From contig CAJINV010000018.1 of assembly GCA_905178155.1 (NCBI GenBank), positions 1,158,609-1,222,608 of the forward strand: 64,000 nt of DNA, given 5' to 3'. Origin of the DNA: Amoebophrya sp. A120. Taxonomy: Eukaryota > Protista > Dinoflagellata. Numbering within the stretch: the first letter of the stretch is position 1; the number at the start of each line of letters is the position of its first letter. Positions 49,401 to 60,887 of the stretch are shown here, one piece after another. The position numbers and the translations under genes are program-made. The notes below the pieces were generated by a model, which made no database searches, was not told the origin of the DNA, and saw only the letters and a program-made list of their open reading frames with translations.

Positions 49401-52324
49401 CTCGTTGACCACCTTCCGGGCGACGATGTCGAAGAGCACGGACCGTTCCTCCACCGCGTTTTCGCGCCGGCACTTCAGAATGATCCGGTTCAGACCCCCG
49501 CAGAAGATGTTGTCAATGCAGGAATTCTGTCCGATCGGGTGGTCGAACTTCTTCGTGAGTTCGTTTTGGAAGCTGTAGATCCCGATCGAGGTGCCCGACT
49601 GCTGGAGCACCGCAAACCGGTTGCGCTGGACGAAGCACACCGCGGAGCCGTAGCCGGACAACGGCGGCTGCTCCCCAATGCAGAGATCGTACGACCCCGT
49701 TTCGATCTGGTAGTACACCAAGACCGCGGACCCCTCGGAGGGCGAAAATTGGTTCACCTCCAGGGACTTCAAACCCGACTGCATGGCGTTCGTCGGCCGG
49801 CGCAGCGTGCAAAGAGTTATGAAAGCCTCAGAATGGAAATCCTCAAAGTGGAAATAATTTGTGATGCATGAAATGCACGGCAAAAAAGACTGTATTGCAG
49901 AGGACACAATGGAGACCGACTATTGTCCTGTTAGGGGTTCAGCATTGGGCTGCTGATTAGCACGAGAGAAGGGCACCCCTTTCCCTACCTAGCATGACAG
50001 ACATGCTTTGAGTGCCCGGAAAATTTGTCATGCGCCGACTAGAAATGGCACTTCACCTGGAGTTGTTTTTTTGCATTACAAATTATTTCCACTTTGAGGA
50101 TTTCCAACCTGAGGCTTTCATAAGAGTTTTGGTGAACGTTCGGCCGTCCGGCTGCTCCAAGGGCTCCGCCACCAGGTTCCGCTCCGCGCCGCGGACGTGG
50201 AACAGTGTGTTCTTCGACAAGTCCACCTGCGCCAGCGCCCGCTCGCGATCCAGCTTGAAAACCACCATGCCGCCGTCGTGCCCGACCGCGACCAGTTGGG
50301 AGGTGGGGTGGGTAGCGATGACCTGATACAGCAAGTGTTGAACAAGCACATATATCGATAATTCTATGCCGGTGGTAAAACTTTCTTCATGATCCTAAAT
50401 CCTAAAACCCTAAACTCCAACTGTACTGTGGTGAAAAAAAACACGAAAATATTACAACCTAGTAGAGATGTGATGAAAGTTAAAAATTCAGAGTCTAGAA
50501 ACAAATAACTATCAACCAAAACGGATCTTGGTAAGTACCCAGAATCTGTCCGTCTCGCGGCGGAAGGTGTGAATCTGCGTCCTTTTCGTGCAGTCCCAGA
50601 CCCGTATTGTGCGGTCTTCGGAGTTGGATATGATCAAGTCCTTCCTGGGGTGGAAGCAGACGGAAGACACGTTCGAAAAGTGCCCCTTCAGCGTGTCCAC
50701 CTCCCATGCCTTGGACTCGCTCATCCGCCACAATTTAATCAGCCGATCGTCCGCCCCGGACACGACTAGCGGTAGGGTTGGGTGGAAGCTGGCCCAGTTC
50801 ACCCCGCGGTCGTGTCCTTCTAGCACGTACTTCACCACGGCATCGTACGTGCCGAACAAATCGTTGGCCCCGTTGTTGCCGTTACTCGCGCCGTTCCCGG
50901 AGAAATCGCCCGAGCCAGGCATCATGCCGCTCCCCATGCCGGACCCGCCGCGGCCCTTGTCGCGCAAACCGGAAATGTCCCAAATCCGGATGTATCAAGT
51001 GCAAACATGTCTGGGTCTGGGAGATTGCAAGATTTGTCATGCATATTTTGCATGATCCATAATGCCTGTAATGCATGGCCTACCATCACAGATTTTTAGA
51101 GCGCTTCCTCATGCCTATTCCGCATGACAAATGCCACCTCCGCGGAGCACAAAATTTACTCCTCTTACTGGTTACGCAATACAAAATTTTTTCGAATCCA
51201 GAGACAGCATCACAAGTTTAGAATCTTCCAGACCCAGACATTTTTGCATTTGATAGGATGGACTGGTCTAGGGACGCGGAGCAAACCATGTCCTCTGAGG
51301 GGTGGAATTGCGCGCACATCACGTAGTGGTTGTGGCCCGTGAGGACCGCGATGCAGCCGCGATCTGTTTTTGATATCCGAGATCAGAACAGCATTATTTC
51401 TTCACAATTTATCGTGTTACAAAAGCAAGACGCAGATCATGCTACTTAAATTCGTCTTCTGATGCAAGAATTTTCAAGTATCCAAAGAATTTAATGTACT
51501 TTGCCAATTCCAAATCCGCACGGTCTGGTCGTCGGAGCTCGACAAAATCCAGGGTGCCTCATGGTGAAACTGCACCGTTCGGATGTATATCGACTGTAAA
51601 AGTGTCTGGGTCTGGAAGAATTCAGGTTTGTCATGCTTGTCTGGCATGAAGACTCTTAAATCTGTCACGCACGTTACCCAAGAGCTGCGTTTTTCTGGGA
51701 TGCAGAGACAGTTTGTCATGCAGAATAGGCAACACCTAGTAGCTCAGAAACTTGTCATGCTGAGCCAGAATTTGTAGCCTCATCATGAGACGCCACCCAG
51801 CATCACAAGTTCCCAGACCCAGACATTTTTACATTTGATAATGTAGTCCAGATGCCCTTGCAGCGTAAATATCGCCCTTTTCTGCTTGTAGTTCCACACT
51901 TTTATCTTGTAGTCGTCGCCGCCGGAGCAAAACAGTGGCTGCGAATTGTGAAAGCAAACCCCTCGCACAGGCCCGCCCTCGTGCTCTGGGTTTTTGGTTT
52001 TGTGTATTTGAATATGAAAGATGAGAAAATTATACAAATAGCAATAGGTTATTCGCATTCACCAAAAAATAAATTTTGTCATGATACAGACAGCGCATAC
52101 AATTTTTCACGGTTCACATCATCCGATACGATCGATCAAGTTCCTTTACCTCCCTCAAATTTCTCGATCAAAGTGCCAAATCGGTAGTCCCAGAGTTGGA
52201 TGGTTCCGTTGTGTAAACTCGCTAAGCACCACGACAATTTCGGGTGAAACGAAACGCCCTTCACCCGGTTCGACTTGGTCTCGCACTTGACGAGCATCTT
52301 GTTGTTGACCGCGCCGCCCGACAT
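43478..52324 (-). CDS. COPA: Coatomer subunit alpha (COPI)
   Basis: [107 protein letters not shown]-terminal C..C..CRVC..G. Contains 12 introners. Confidence 0.96.
43693..44013. mobile_element. Introner family D
   Basis: TIRs; repeat TGGGA/TGGCA. Confidence 0.88.
44379..44640. mobile_element. Introner family A
   Basis: TIRs; repeat ACTGG. Confidence 0.9.
44946..45207. mobile_element. Introner family A
   Basis: TIRs; repeat GTCGC. Confidence 0.9.
45609..45870. mobile_element. Introner family A
   Basis: TIRs; repeat CCGGG; inverted relative of 21297-21558. Confidence 0.9.
46528..46780. mobile_element. Introner family A
   Basis: TIRs; repeat TCAGC. Confidence 0.9.
47648..47911. mobile_element. 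Introner family A
   Basis: TIRs; repeat AGCGC; splits RFNLALE. Confidence 0.9.
47987..48247. mobile_element. Introner family A
   Basis: TIRs; repeat TCAAA; splits IGYLKKKGY. Confidence 0.9.
48532..48855. mobile_element. Introner family D
   Basis: TIRs; degenerate repeat AACAT/AATGT. Confidence 0.85.
48957..49235. mobile_element. Introner family B
   Basis: TIRs; repeat AGTCT/ATTCT. Confidence 0.9.
49818..50122. mobile_element. Introner family C-like (TIR TATGAAAGCCTCAG..TGGAAATCCTCAAAGTGGAAATAATTTGT)
   Basis: Long TIRs; repeat AGAGT. Confidence 0.9.
50993..51255. mobile_element. Introner family A
   Basis: TIRs; repeat GGATG. Confidence 0.9.
51588..51840. mobile_element. Introner family A
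   Basis: TIRs; repeat ATGTA; splits GHLDYIRTV; inverted close copy of 55044-55295. Confidence 0.9.
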
Positions 52325-52700
52325 TTTTTATTTTTTCGGTTGGTTTCTAGTAAAAATGTCGTGAGCACCAGGAGTGTAATATTTTCAAGTGCGTCCTCGC
52401 CGCTTGTCGCCAGATCTTCGGTGTCGTCCTCGTGCTCCTCGTTAAGGTCGGTCCAAATCACGGCAGCTGGAATAAACCGCAGCAGCTTCTCGCGAACTCA
52501 GGGGCGAGGATTACAGCTGTAGCTGCACCGCGGCAGAGTAGTGTAACGGCCAGATATGGTCATGAGCGGGTCGTGTTTTTTTGATGTTCGGTATAATACT
52601 AGTAGTGGCTTTATTTCTTGGTCAACGAAAATATTTTTTGAAAAAATCCCTTCTAGCAGAGATAATGACGTAGATGTAGACAGGTAGCGTCAAGATGGTG

Positions 52701-52730
52701 GTTTGTTTGTTTGTTTGTTTGTTTGTTTGT
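52701..52730. repeat. (GTTT)n microsatellite
   Basis: About 7.5 perfect GTTT units upstream of COPA. Confidence 0.9.
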
Positions 52731-53515
52731 GGTGGATTCACAACCGGTCTCAAAGTGCCCGCGACCGAGCACCGGGAGGCGGAATCGAAAAACTTACATC
52801 GTTGATCTTTGGCCGTGCCGTGTTGAATGAAACTTCATGGAAAATGTTGTTGTTTCTACAATATCTCGTAGCCTGAAGTAAAAAATTGATGTTGCAAGAG
52901 ATTTATGTAGCAGTCCCAGTATAAGTTGTTGCGATAATTCATCATATGGCGCTTTGTTCTGCGCTCTTGTTGTTTTGCGGTTGTAATTATATCACTACTG
53001 ATTCTGATTCAGAACTTCTTTTTGTGCGAGTACGCCTGGCATGCAGAACGCACTCGTGGATGATCCTTCTATCTGACGAACTTCTTCTTGGGGCAGTTTA
53101 ACACATTCCAGAATGAGCTGGCAGTGCGAGAGAGCAAGGCAGTGGCTTCATCTGCCTCACATACTTACATGTAGGATGCTGAACACCGATACAACAATGC
53201 TAGTTTGCGCAAGTTTATGCACCGGAGCAAGCCCCGGCAGGCGCGTCGTCGAACTCCGATCTTCATGATGGATGATGATAGTTATCGTCGCTTATGGTCG
53301 TATTTTCAGTGCTGACGCTCAGCAACAGAAAGCTATTTTTTCACTTGTATTGTCAACTACATGGTGCAGCTGGAGGTTTCGTCTCTGTCGCCGTAGTTTT
53401 TAACACCAGGGAGGTTTGTAGTACATATTAGAGGCCACTTTAGGTACATAGATTTGTCATGCATAGGCTCCATGTGCCCAGGTGTTCTTTGTATTGCTGC
53501 TGATGCAATACATCA

Positions 53516-55829
53516 TCACAAGTCCTCATCCTCATCCTCACTTTCCTCCGATAATTCTTCCGTGCGGATCGGCATCGCGTTCACTTTGTGCGCTTTCGCG
53601 ACGAGGTCTTCCGTCAGACTTTCCGTGGCCGTGTCGTGGCACCGGGCCAGCGCCCGCCGCACCTGCGCGTGCGTGTAGTGAAACAAGGGCTCCGGAGGTT
53701 TCAGGCTGTCGCCAAATTTGCCACCGATCAAGTTCGGTTGCTTCCTCATCGAATGCTGGGGTTGTACGGAAGCTCCTCCACTTGTTCCTGCAGCGCTCGA
53801 CAAAATTTGCTGTTTTGCGTTCGCAAACTCGACCAGCTTCATCTTCGTTTGCTGCTCTACGCCGGGCGGCGAGGGGTCGATAGAAGCGTTCGTCTGCTGT
53901 TTCATTTGCGTGTTAGTATTGGTGCCTCCGACGATCAGCCCGGGAACGGGAGCTGCTTTCTATCCTGTGTAAAAACGTCCCCACCCCATAGTCAAGATGG
54001 GGATTTTGCAACACAAACCTAGAAGTTTTGGGACTCACGCATCACAAGTTCCAGTCCGTAGTGTAGTGCAGGCTAGCAAGGACGCACGCATCACAAATCC
54101 ATCTGCTTATCCTGGTTACAGCATTACAAATGCCAAAACACGACTAGAAACGCCTCTCATGGAGATACGCATCACAAATGTTCTTGTCAATGCAAATCTG
54201 CATCACAACTCTGGGGTGGGGACGTTTTTACAAATGGTACTTTCATGGAATTCTTCATGCTCCTTGTATTCGCCGCTCCAGTGGTTCTTGCTCCCCCAGT
54301 ATCAAATGTAAAAATGTCTGGGTCTGGAAGAATGCAACTTGTCATGCTAAATCTGAACCCTGGAACCCTGAGGTGATGTCACTAAGGGAAAATGGAACAA
54401 TCCTCAGTCCGAACGCGTCGAAAAAGAGGGGGCCATAATCCCCTGGGGTTGAGCACGGGGTGGCCCCATGTGGCTGTGATGCAAGATCACCGCCGGGTAG
54501 AGGAGCGGGAGTATCACCTGGAGGAACTCCACAGAACCTCAACCAACCACTGCCCCACGATCACAAATGCAGACCCACCATCGAGAACCGAGGGGGAAGC
54601 AACCCCGAACACCCTTCCCTGCACCCGAATACCGAAGGGGAAGAAGATGCCCAACAGTTCTGAAGCGTGCAAAAATCTGTGTTGCATGATTACCAAAACT
54701 CGTCCAGTTTTGACCAAGTTGAGAGGAAGTTTCTCATGCAGTATAGGCATGGCACGGATCTCACAGAATCTGTCATGCTAGGTCTCGCATTCCAGACCTC
54801 ATGGCTCATGCAAAACGTGCATGACAAGTGTCAGAATCTTCCAGACCCAGACATTTTTACATTTGATACCCAGCGGCCGTGCTCTTCTCGCTTGTGGTCC
54901 CTCGCGCGGAGGAACTTGATGTAGCTCCCGTCTGGAGGTTCTTGATCCCGTCGGCTCCACCCGGAGCTGCTGTACCAGGAGGTTGCTGCATCATCATCCC
55001 CCCTGGAGGACCACGATGAGGAGGGTTGTACGCAAACGCTCCCTATCAAAAGTAAAAGTGTCTGGGTCTGGAAACTTGTGATGCTGGGTGGCGTCTCACG
55101 ATGAGGCTACAAATGCTGGCTCAGCATGACAAGTCTCTGAGCTCCTAGGTGTTGCCTATTCTGCATGACCGACTGCGCTTCTGCATCACAGAAAAACGGA
55201 GCTCTTGGGTAACGTGCATGACAGATTTAGGAGTCATGCCAGACAAGCATGACAAACATCAATTTTTCCAGACCCAGACATTTTTTCATTTGATACTCCC
55301 CCAGCTGCTGCACCTCCACCTCCGACGCCTCCTCGCATTTCCTGTTGCAGTCGCTATCAAATGCAAAAATGTCTGGGTCTGGAAGAATGCAGGAGTTTGT
55401 CATGCAGATTTTGCATGACCCATGAGGTCTGTGATGCATGCCGTAGCATCAGAGATTTTGCGAGGGCTTTCTGATGCTCATACCGCATGAGAAACGCCCT
55501 CTCCGCGTAGCACAAATTGCGCCTGTTTTGCTGTTCATGCAATACAGATTTTATGTAGATTCCAAAAGTAGCATCACAAGTTGGATCCTTCCAGACCCAG
55601 ACATTTTTGCAATCCATAGTCGCTTGTCTTCCGCGGCGGTCGCGCGGATTCGCGTCATCGCCTGGTCCAGTTTCCACTGGACAAAGTAGTCCAGAGAGTC
55701 CAAAATCTCCTCCGAAAGATGCTCGCCGCGGTTTGGGTAGAGGTCTGCGAAGACAGCCCTCTTTTTCGGGAGGGGGGGCGGAGAGTTGTGTGGCCGAGAA
55801 CTGGAAGAGGAGGTGGATGAGGCCATCAT
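53516..55829 (-). CDS. Unknown protein with low-complexity middle
   Basis: ORF 55551-55829 links to ORF 53516-53905 after removing 4 introners; I checked the frame across the last two junctions. Confidence 0.65.
53961..54239. mobile_element. Introner family B
   Basis: TIRs; repeat CTTTC. Confidence 0.9.
54300..54868. mobile_element. Introner family A carrying a nested ~300-bp insertion
   Basis: TIRs; repeat CCCAG; matches 44946-45207 apart from the extra segment 54358-54658. Confidence 0.88.
54358..54658. mobile_element. Nested insertion (possible solo LTR or other small element)
   Basis: Flanked by TCTGAA at 54352-54357 and 54659-54664; absent from sibling introners. Confidence 0.7.
55044..55295. 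mobile_element. Introner family A
   Basis: TIRs; repeat CTCCC. Confidence 0.9.
55355..55618. mobile_element. Introner family A
   Basis: TIRs; repeat GTCGC. Confidence 0.9.
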
Positions 55830-56566
55830 GTTTTATTGGACAAGGCTTTTTTTCTTGATCATGTACAGTGCAAAATAGTAAAATGCGTTTACTCAAAAAT
55901 AGGTGCTACTATTGTATTTACGCCGAAAGATGACTAGGAATCTGTCACTTGTTGCGTCAGCTACTTCATCTTGTCACTGAAAATAAGTATTCAATGCAAC
56001 AAAGATGAACCCTATATCAATCATTTTTCACGGAAAGCAGTTGGTCGCAGGATCAGATCCGGGATGATCGTCCTCCGAAGATGTTATGTAGCCACAAGCC
56101 TCTACGGCTGAAGATAATTATACGAGCTGTTGCGTAGATCTCAACGGTCGAACAACGACTGCGTCCGACAATACCTCTAAGAACTACACGATTGGCATCT
56201 GGCCGAAAGATGAAATTCTACACAAATTTTCATTCGCGGGTAGTCGTTCATTTACTTCTAATACAGATTTTTCTGGTGCCCAGAATCATGGACACACGCC
56301 GGGGGTCGGACGGTTCTTTGTTTATGTCCGGTTTCAACTAGCACGACGGTTCTAATTCTATCGGATAAACGAAAACTTGGGAGAAGTCTCCTGCAAACAG
56401 CTCGATACATTATCATCGTTTATTTCGTGTTAGAATCAACACAAGTCCAAATTTTCTTTCTTCAATAGTGTCTTTTTAATATAAAACCGGCGTATTTTTC
56501 CCGTACTATCAGACAGATTTTTGGTTCTGCAGCTGCACCATCCAAAATCAGCCGAACCTTAATTAC

Positions 56567-58371
56567 TCATTCCCCTGACGCCCCTGCCCACGTAGAAGAA
56601 GTCGCACCGCTCCCACTATTTGCCCCGGCGTGCACGGAGAGCCCGGCGCAGTGCTCGATTTTGTTCCACAGAGCCTCAGCGCAGAACTCATCCGGGATCG
56701 CCGTCAAATCAAACGCGGACACGCGATCCAATGACACGTACCCCTTCACGCCCTGGCTCACCACCGGCGGCGCGCCAGCCGCCGCACCGGTGGCGGAGTT
56801 GCCGCTGGGGTCCTCCTATGGATTGCAAATATGTCTAGGAGGTCTGGAAAGTTGTCATGCGAAAAGCTGTTTTCATCACACACAGCCAAGCATAAGAAGG
56901 TGTTTTCATGCCTGTGTGCTGCGCATTGTGCATGGCAGAGTCAGTGCGTTATTTTCGCATGACAAACACGTGGGGCCATTCGCTCGAGAGCATGACACAG
57001 AGTTCAGAGGCATGTCAGGCAAGCATGACAAACGGTCATGCACTTTTCCAGACCCAGACAGATTTGCATTTCACACCGCCCAGCGAATGCCCGTGGCTTG
57101 TTTGTACAGTTTATCAAATGCAAATATGTCTGGCTCTGGAAGACTACGCGACTTTTGGTGCAGGTTTTCCATGACCCAGGAGGCCTGGACTGCAGGACCT
57201 AGCATGGCAGACTCTGTGAGTAGATCTCTATCATGCCTATTCTGCATGAGAAACTCCCCCTCTTCACCTTGGTCAAAAATAAATGGACGCCGGCTTTTGG
57301 CACTTTTCATGCAACACAAATTCTTGCACGATTCAGATGTAGCATGACAAGTTGCTATGTTCCGGAACCACGACACACCTTTGCACTTGATACAGTTGGT
57401 ACTTCTTCCGGTGCAGGAATTTCCGCCACCGCTTCTCCGAAGCGGAATATTTCTGTTGCTCCCGGGCAGTGTAGACCTTTTATTTATTTTTTGCGGGGAT
57501 GTTGTAAGAAGAATCGAAGATCTGACTTAATTGTTGCATTACTCGGTTGCGTTGTTCGTTATGCATGCTAAAAACTTCTACAGGAAGAAGTAAAACTTTA
57601 CCTCTCTGCGCACTTCGTCGACCTGCAGACGGAGATCCGTCTCCTTTGTTTGCAAGGCTAGCACGGTCTGCTGGAGCTCCGCCTTCTTCTTCTGCATGGC
57701 TATGATCCGCTCCTGCATGCGCACCTCCGACGCAGACCACAGGTGCCGCTTGCCCCCGGTCGGGCCAGAAGGAGCGGTTGCTGCACCGTCATCATGCCCA
57801 CCTTCACGACCCGGTTGCGCTGCGGCAGCAGAGCTTTGCTTCATTTCCTCTTCGCCCCGGTTTATTTGCGAGAAAAACCCGGCCTGCATGTCCATTTCCC
57901 TTTGCTTCGCTTCATTCTCCGAAACCAGCTCCTTCACCTCCTTTCGCAGTTTTTTAATATTCGTCATCGCCGATCGCACATCCTGCAGGTCGTGGAGGTC
58001 GCGGAGAGCGTCGTCGACCTCCTGGGCCAGGTTGGAGTTGCTGCTGGAGGAAGAGGATCAAATGCAAAAATGTCTGGGTCTGGAAACTTGTAATGCTAAA
58101 AGTGAACGATAGACGCACTGCAATACGCAGCTACGCATGACAAATTTTGCGGCTGCCATGTCTTACGTATTCCGCATGGCAAACTGCGTTTTTGCATGAC
58201 AGGCAAGATGGCCTTTTCGTGCCTATGCAACACAGATTCTCGAGTCATGCCAGACAAGCATGACAAACTTGCATTCTTCCAGACCCAGACATTTTTGCAT
58301 TTTGATAAAGACGTGGACGCCCCTAGAACCGTGGAAGCGTTAGCAGTAGTAGCACCTGCAGCTTCTGCCAT
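56567..58371 (-). CDS. Coiled-coil protein with Spc24-like C-terminus (putative Ndc80 kinetochore complex subunit)
   Basis: Heptad-rich N-half, then QLYKQATGIRW...VKGY...FDL...FCAEALW, resembling the Spc24 RWD head. Three introners and one GT intron. Confidence 0.55.
56817..57075. mobile_element. Introner family A (diverged)
   Basis: TIRs (right end CACA); repeat CCTCC/CCGCC. Confidence 0.83.
57112..57392. mobile_element. Introner family A (diverged)
   Basis: TIRs; repeat CAGTT. Confidence 0.86.
58056..58307. mobile_element. Introner family A
   Basis: TIRs (left end GATC); repeat AAGAG/AAGAC. Confidence 0.88.
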
Positions 58372-58881
58372 CTTTTAGTAATGGAGCTGTGCTGATTAGT
58401 ATTCTTTTTACGGCCATAAACAAAGACCTCTCGTCTCCTCACCCTGTGTGCCTATCAATATCACCGAAAGTAGTACTTCATTCACCACAGGACAGCCATA
58501 ACCTCAACATCGGGAATACCTACTTAGAACAAGACCTTTGATATATGGTTCGAGTTTATCTTTCACAAAACTCTTTCGATTCGTCAAGCGTGTTCTTTTT
58601 TCGACAAACCGACTGCTAACCGCGAGCGACTCCGCGTGCGTTAGTACAACCAGCTGCCCTTTTGGCAAGAACTTTTTCTCTAGCGATATTTCGTCTGCTC
58701 GAAACACATTTGCGGCGCGATCCTCGCTCAAGCGGTTCTACAGATAGTATTAACGACGTGCTCCCTACACAAGACGGAGTTCAAGAACAAAACAAGAAAA
58801 CACTCTAGCGAAAGACGCCAATAGCGAGTCGTTCACCTTCCGTCGGCTAGCAGCACAGACGACAATACCACATGGGTTATC

Positions 58882-58987
58882 CATCATTTTTTTCCAGTTG
58901 CACAAGTGTCCTCACGTCATCTATCATCAAGAGACGGAGAAAGAACTGACACTGTGTCTCTGGACAAACGGCAAAAGCGGAACGGTT
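58882..58987 (+). repeat. Dispersed ~105-bp repeat, copy 1
   Basis: TCCAGTTGCACAAGTGTCCTCACGTCATC..GAGACGGAGAAAGAACTG.CACTGTGTCTCTGG shared with 62605-62710. Confidence 0.8.
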
Positions 58988-60887
58988 ATCGCTTGTCGTG
59001 TGATTTGATGATAAGTGCAAACCGACCTTTATCTTCTGCCGCGGTTAGTTCTTCATCGATATTCGCATAATGAATAACATTCTACGAAGTACATAAACAA
59101 AGTAGTTGAGAAAAAGAAAAAGCAAAATGAAATTAGGAAAAATAACACAGGGCAGGCGCTTCATAATCAGTCGCCTTCTTGTTTTCAGTATCGCTCGGGA
59201 GAACCGGCCTGCACACAGGTTACATTGAGCCGCGCAGCGTTCTTGCAGAAAACTTGCCCGGAAAAAGCAGTCAGCGCGCTCACCCCTCGGCGAGGAAGTT
59301 GCTGTCTTTTTCAAAGCGATGTTGATTTTGTTTGAAAAAAGTCGCAAAAAATACAGCTAAAAAGAGGTCCTGAGCTAAAAATAGCTGAAAAAAAGAGTTC
59401 CTGAGCTAAAAAAAAGAGTTCCTTGATGCATGCAACCAAACTCCAATAGCTCTGGTCACTACTTCGCTTTCGCTGGTAAAAAAACTAGGAAAGCGCAAAA
59501 TAAAGAATCGAAAAATTTGACAGTGCCTTCGCTAGAAACGAGATTGTGGTCGGGAATAAAAAGCGGTGAGAAACGCAAAGCAAGGAGCACGCTCTTGCTC
59601 GCGTTGTGGAGATATTAGAAAAGCTGTACCTTGATGAACGAAAGTCGCATATGTCGACGAACGAAGTCAGACAATGTGTTAACATCAAATATATCATGGG
59701 AGTACTATTCAGCGTTGATATTCACGAAGCAAACTAAGTAAAAATGCTCTATACGCACATATCTTCGGCCTACTGTACTGTGTATCTATGAATTTACGTT
59801 TAAGTACCTATGTGGAGCAATATTCAGCGTAGATATCGCAGGATTTACCACGACAATGCGAAGTAAGAATGCTGCTCGATCATCGGCCTACTGTGCTAGT
59901 ATGTGTATGTAGTAATCATGAAGCTCTGATATCTATGTTCTTGAAGCGACTATTCACCGTTCTTGCTTTGGTCCAAAGCTTTTCATCGGACACGTCTCAC
60001 GCGTCCGGGGGTGGAGAAAATGCACTTCCAAAGTGCCATCTTCTGCCCGACGGTGTGGAAAGAAGCTGAACCACTAAAAGTAGTAATTCGAAATTCCTTG
60101 CAGCTCCTGATCTGAAAATAGAGAAACGGGACATCGAGCACCCCGAAGGCTGGCTGTGAAAATCAGCATCGCGCGCCGTATTGCTCTGCAGTTAAAGTTA
60201 TCAGTATCTCTAGGCTTATTTTGCAGCGAGAGCATTTTACGATTCCCGCAGACCAAAACACGCTTCTGGAAAGCGAAGACTTGCACGTCGAACCGAGCTT
60301 CCATTTCCAATATAGGTAGCTCGGACGAGGAAACTAGTTCTAGTAGGAGTACTATCTCGCAAATAAAGCAAACAAAAAAGAACAAATGGGAGCACCAGAG
60401 CAACAAATAGCTAGCAAAAATAAACAAGAGGAAAAGATAAATGTGAGCATCAAGTGCTTCTTCGATTCAGAAAAGCAAAACATGGAATTTGCCAAATGCC
60501 GAGCTGCAACATGGAGGTTGCCATAAAGATAAACCAGACTACACTAAACGAATCGTTAACTACACTACCCCACACAACATCATAATGTGGGGGGAAAAAA
60601 TCACGGGCAGAGCCAGAACAAATTTGAGGTTTCCACGTCATGTTGTTAACTATCGCATGACAAACCGCTCGAACTTATGATGTTGCGGCAGGTTTGTTGG
60701 TTCTCATCTGTGTTTAGTTTCATTGCCGATCAATTCAAATATCTTGAATAGCAAGCTGCTTCCCCGCATGATAAAGTAAACATCGATTTAATGCATCTAT
60801 CCTGCTGGTGTCCCCACGCGGTGCAGCTGCACCTTACACCACACAAAAGATCCCGACCCCCAGAGGACGACACATTTGCAGGTGATA

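Noticed and set aside
43478-52324. COPA, DRC7 and others as transposon-disrupted pseudogenes
   Set aside because: Exon sequence is strongly conserved and checked frames are restored exactly on element removal, implying purifying selection.
1135-58378. Many ORF-track peptides sharing [30 protein letters not shown] or PDPDIF
   Set aside because: They are translations of introner TIRs in various frames, not a protein family.
59345-59422. Short A-rich repeats (GAGCTAAAAA..GAGTTCC)
   Set aside because: Simple degenerate tandem repeat with no further structure.
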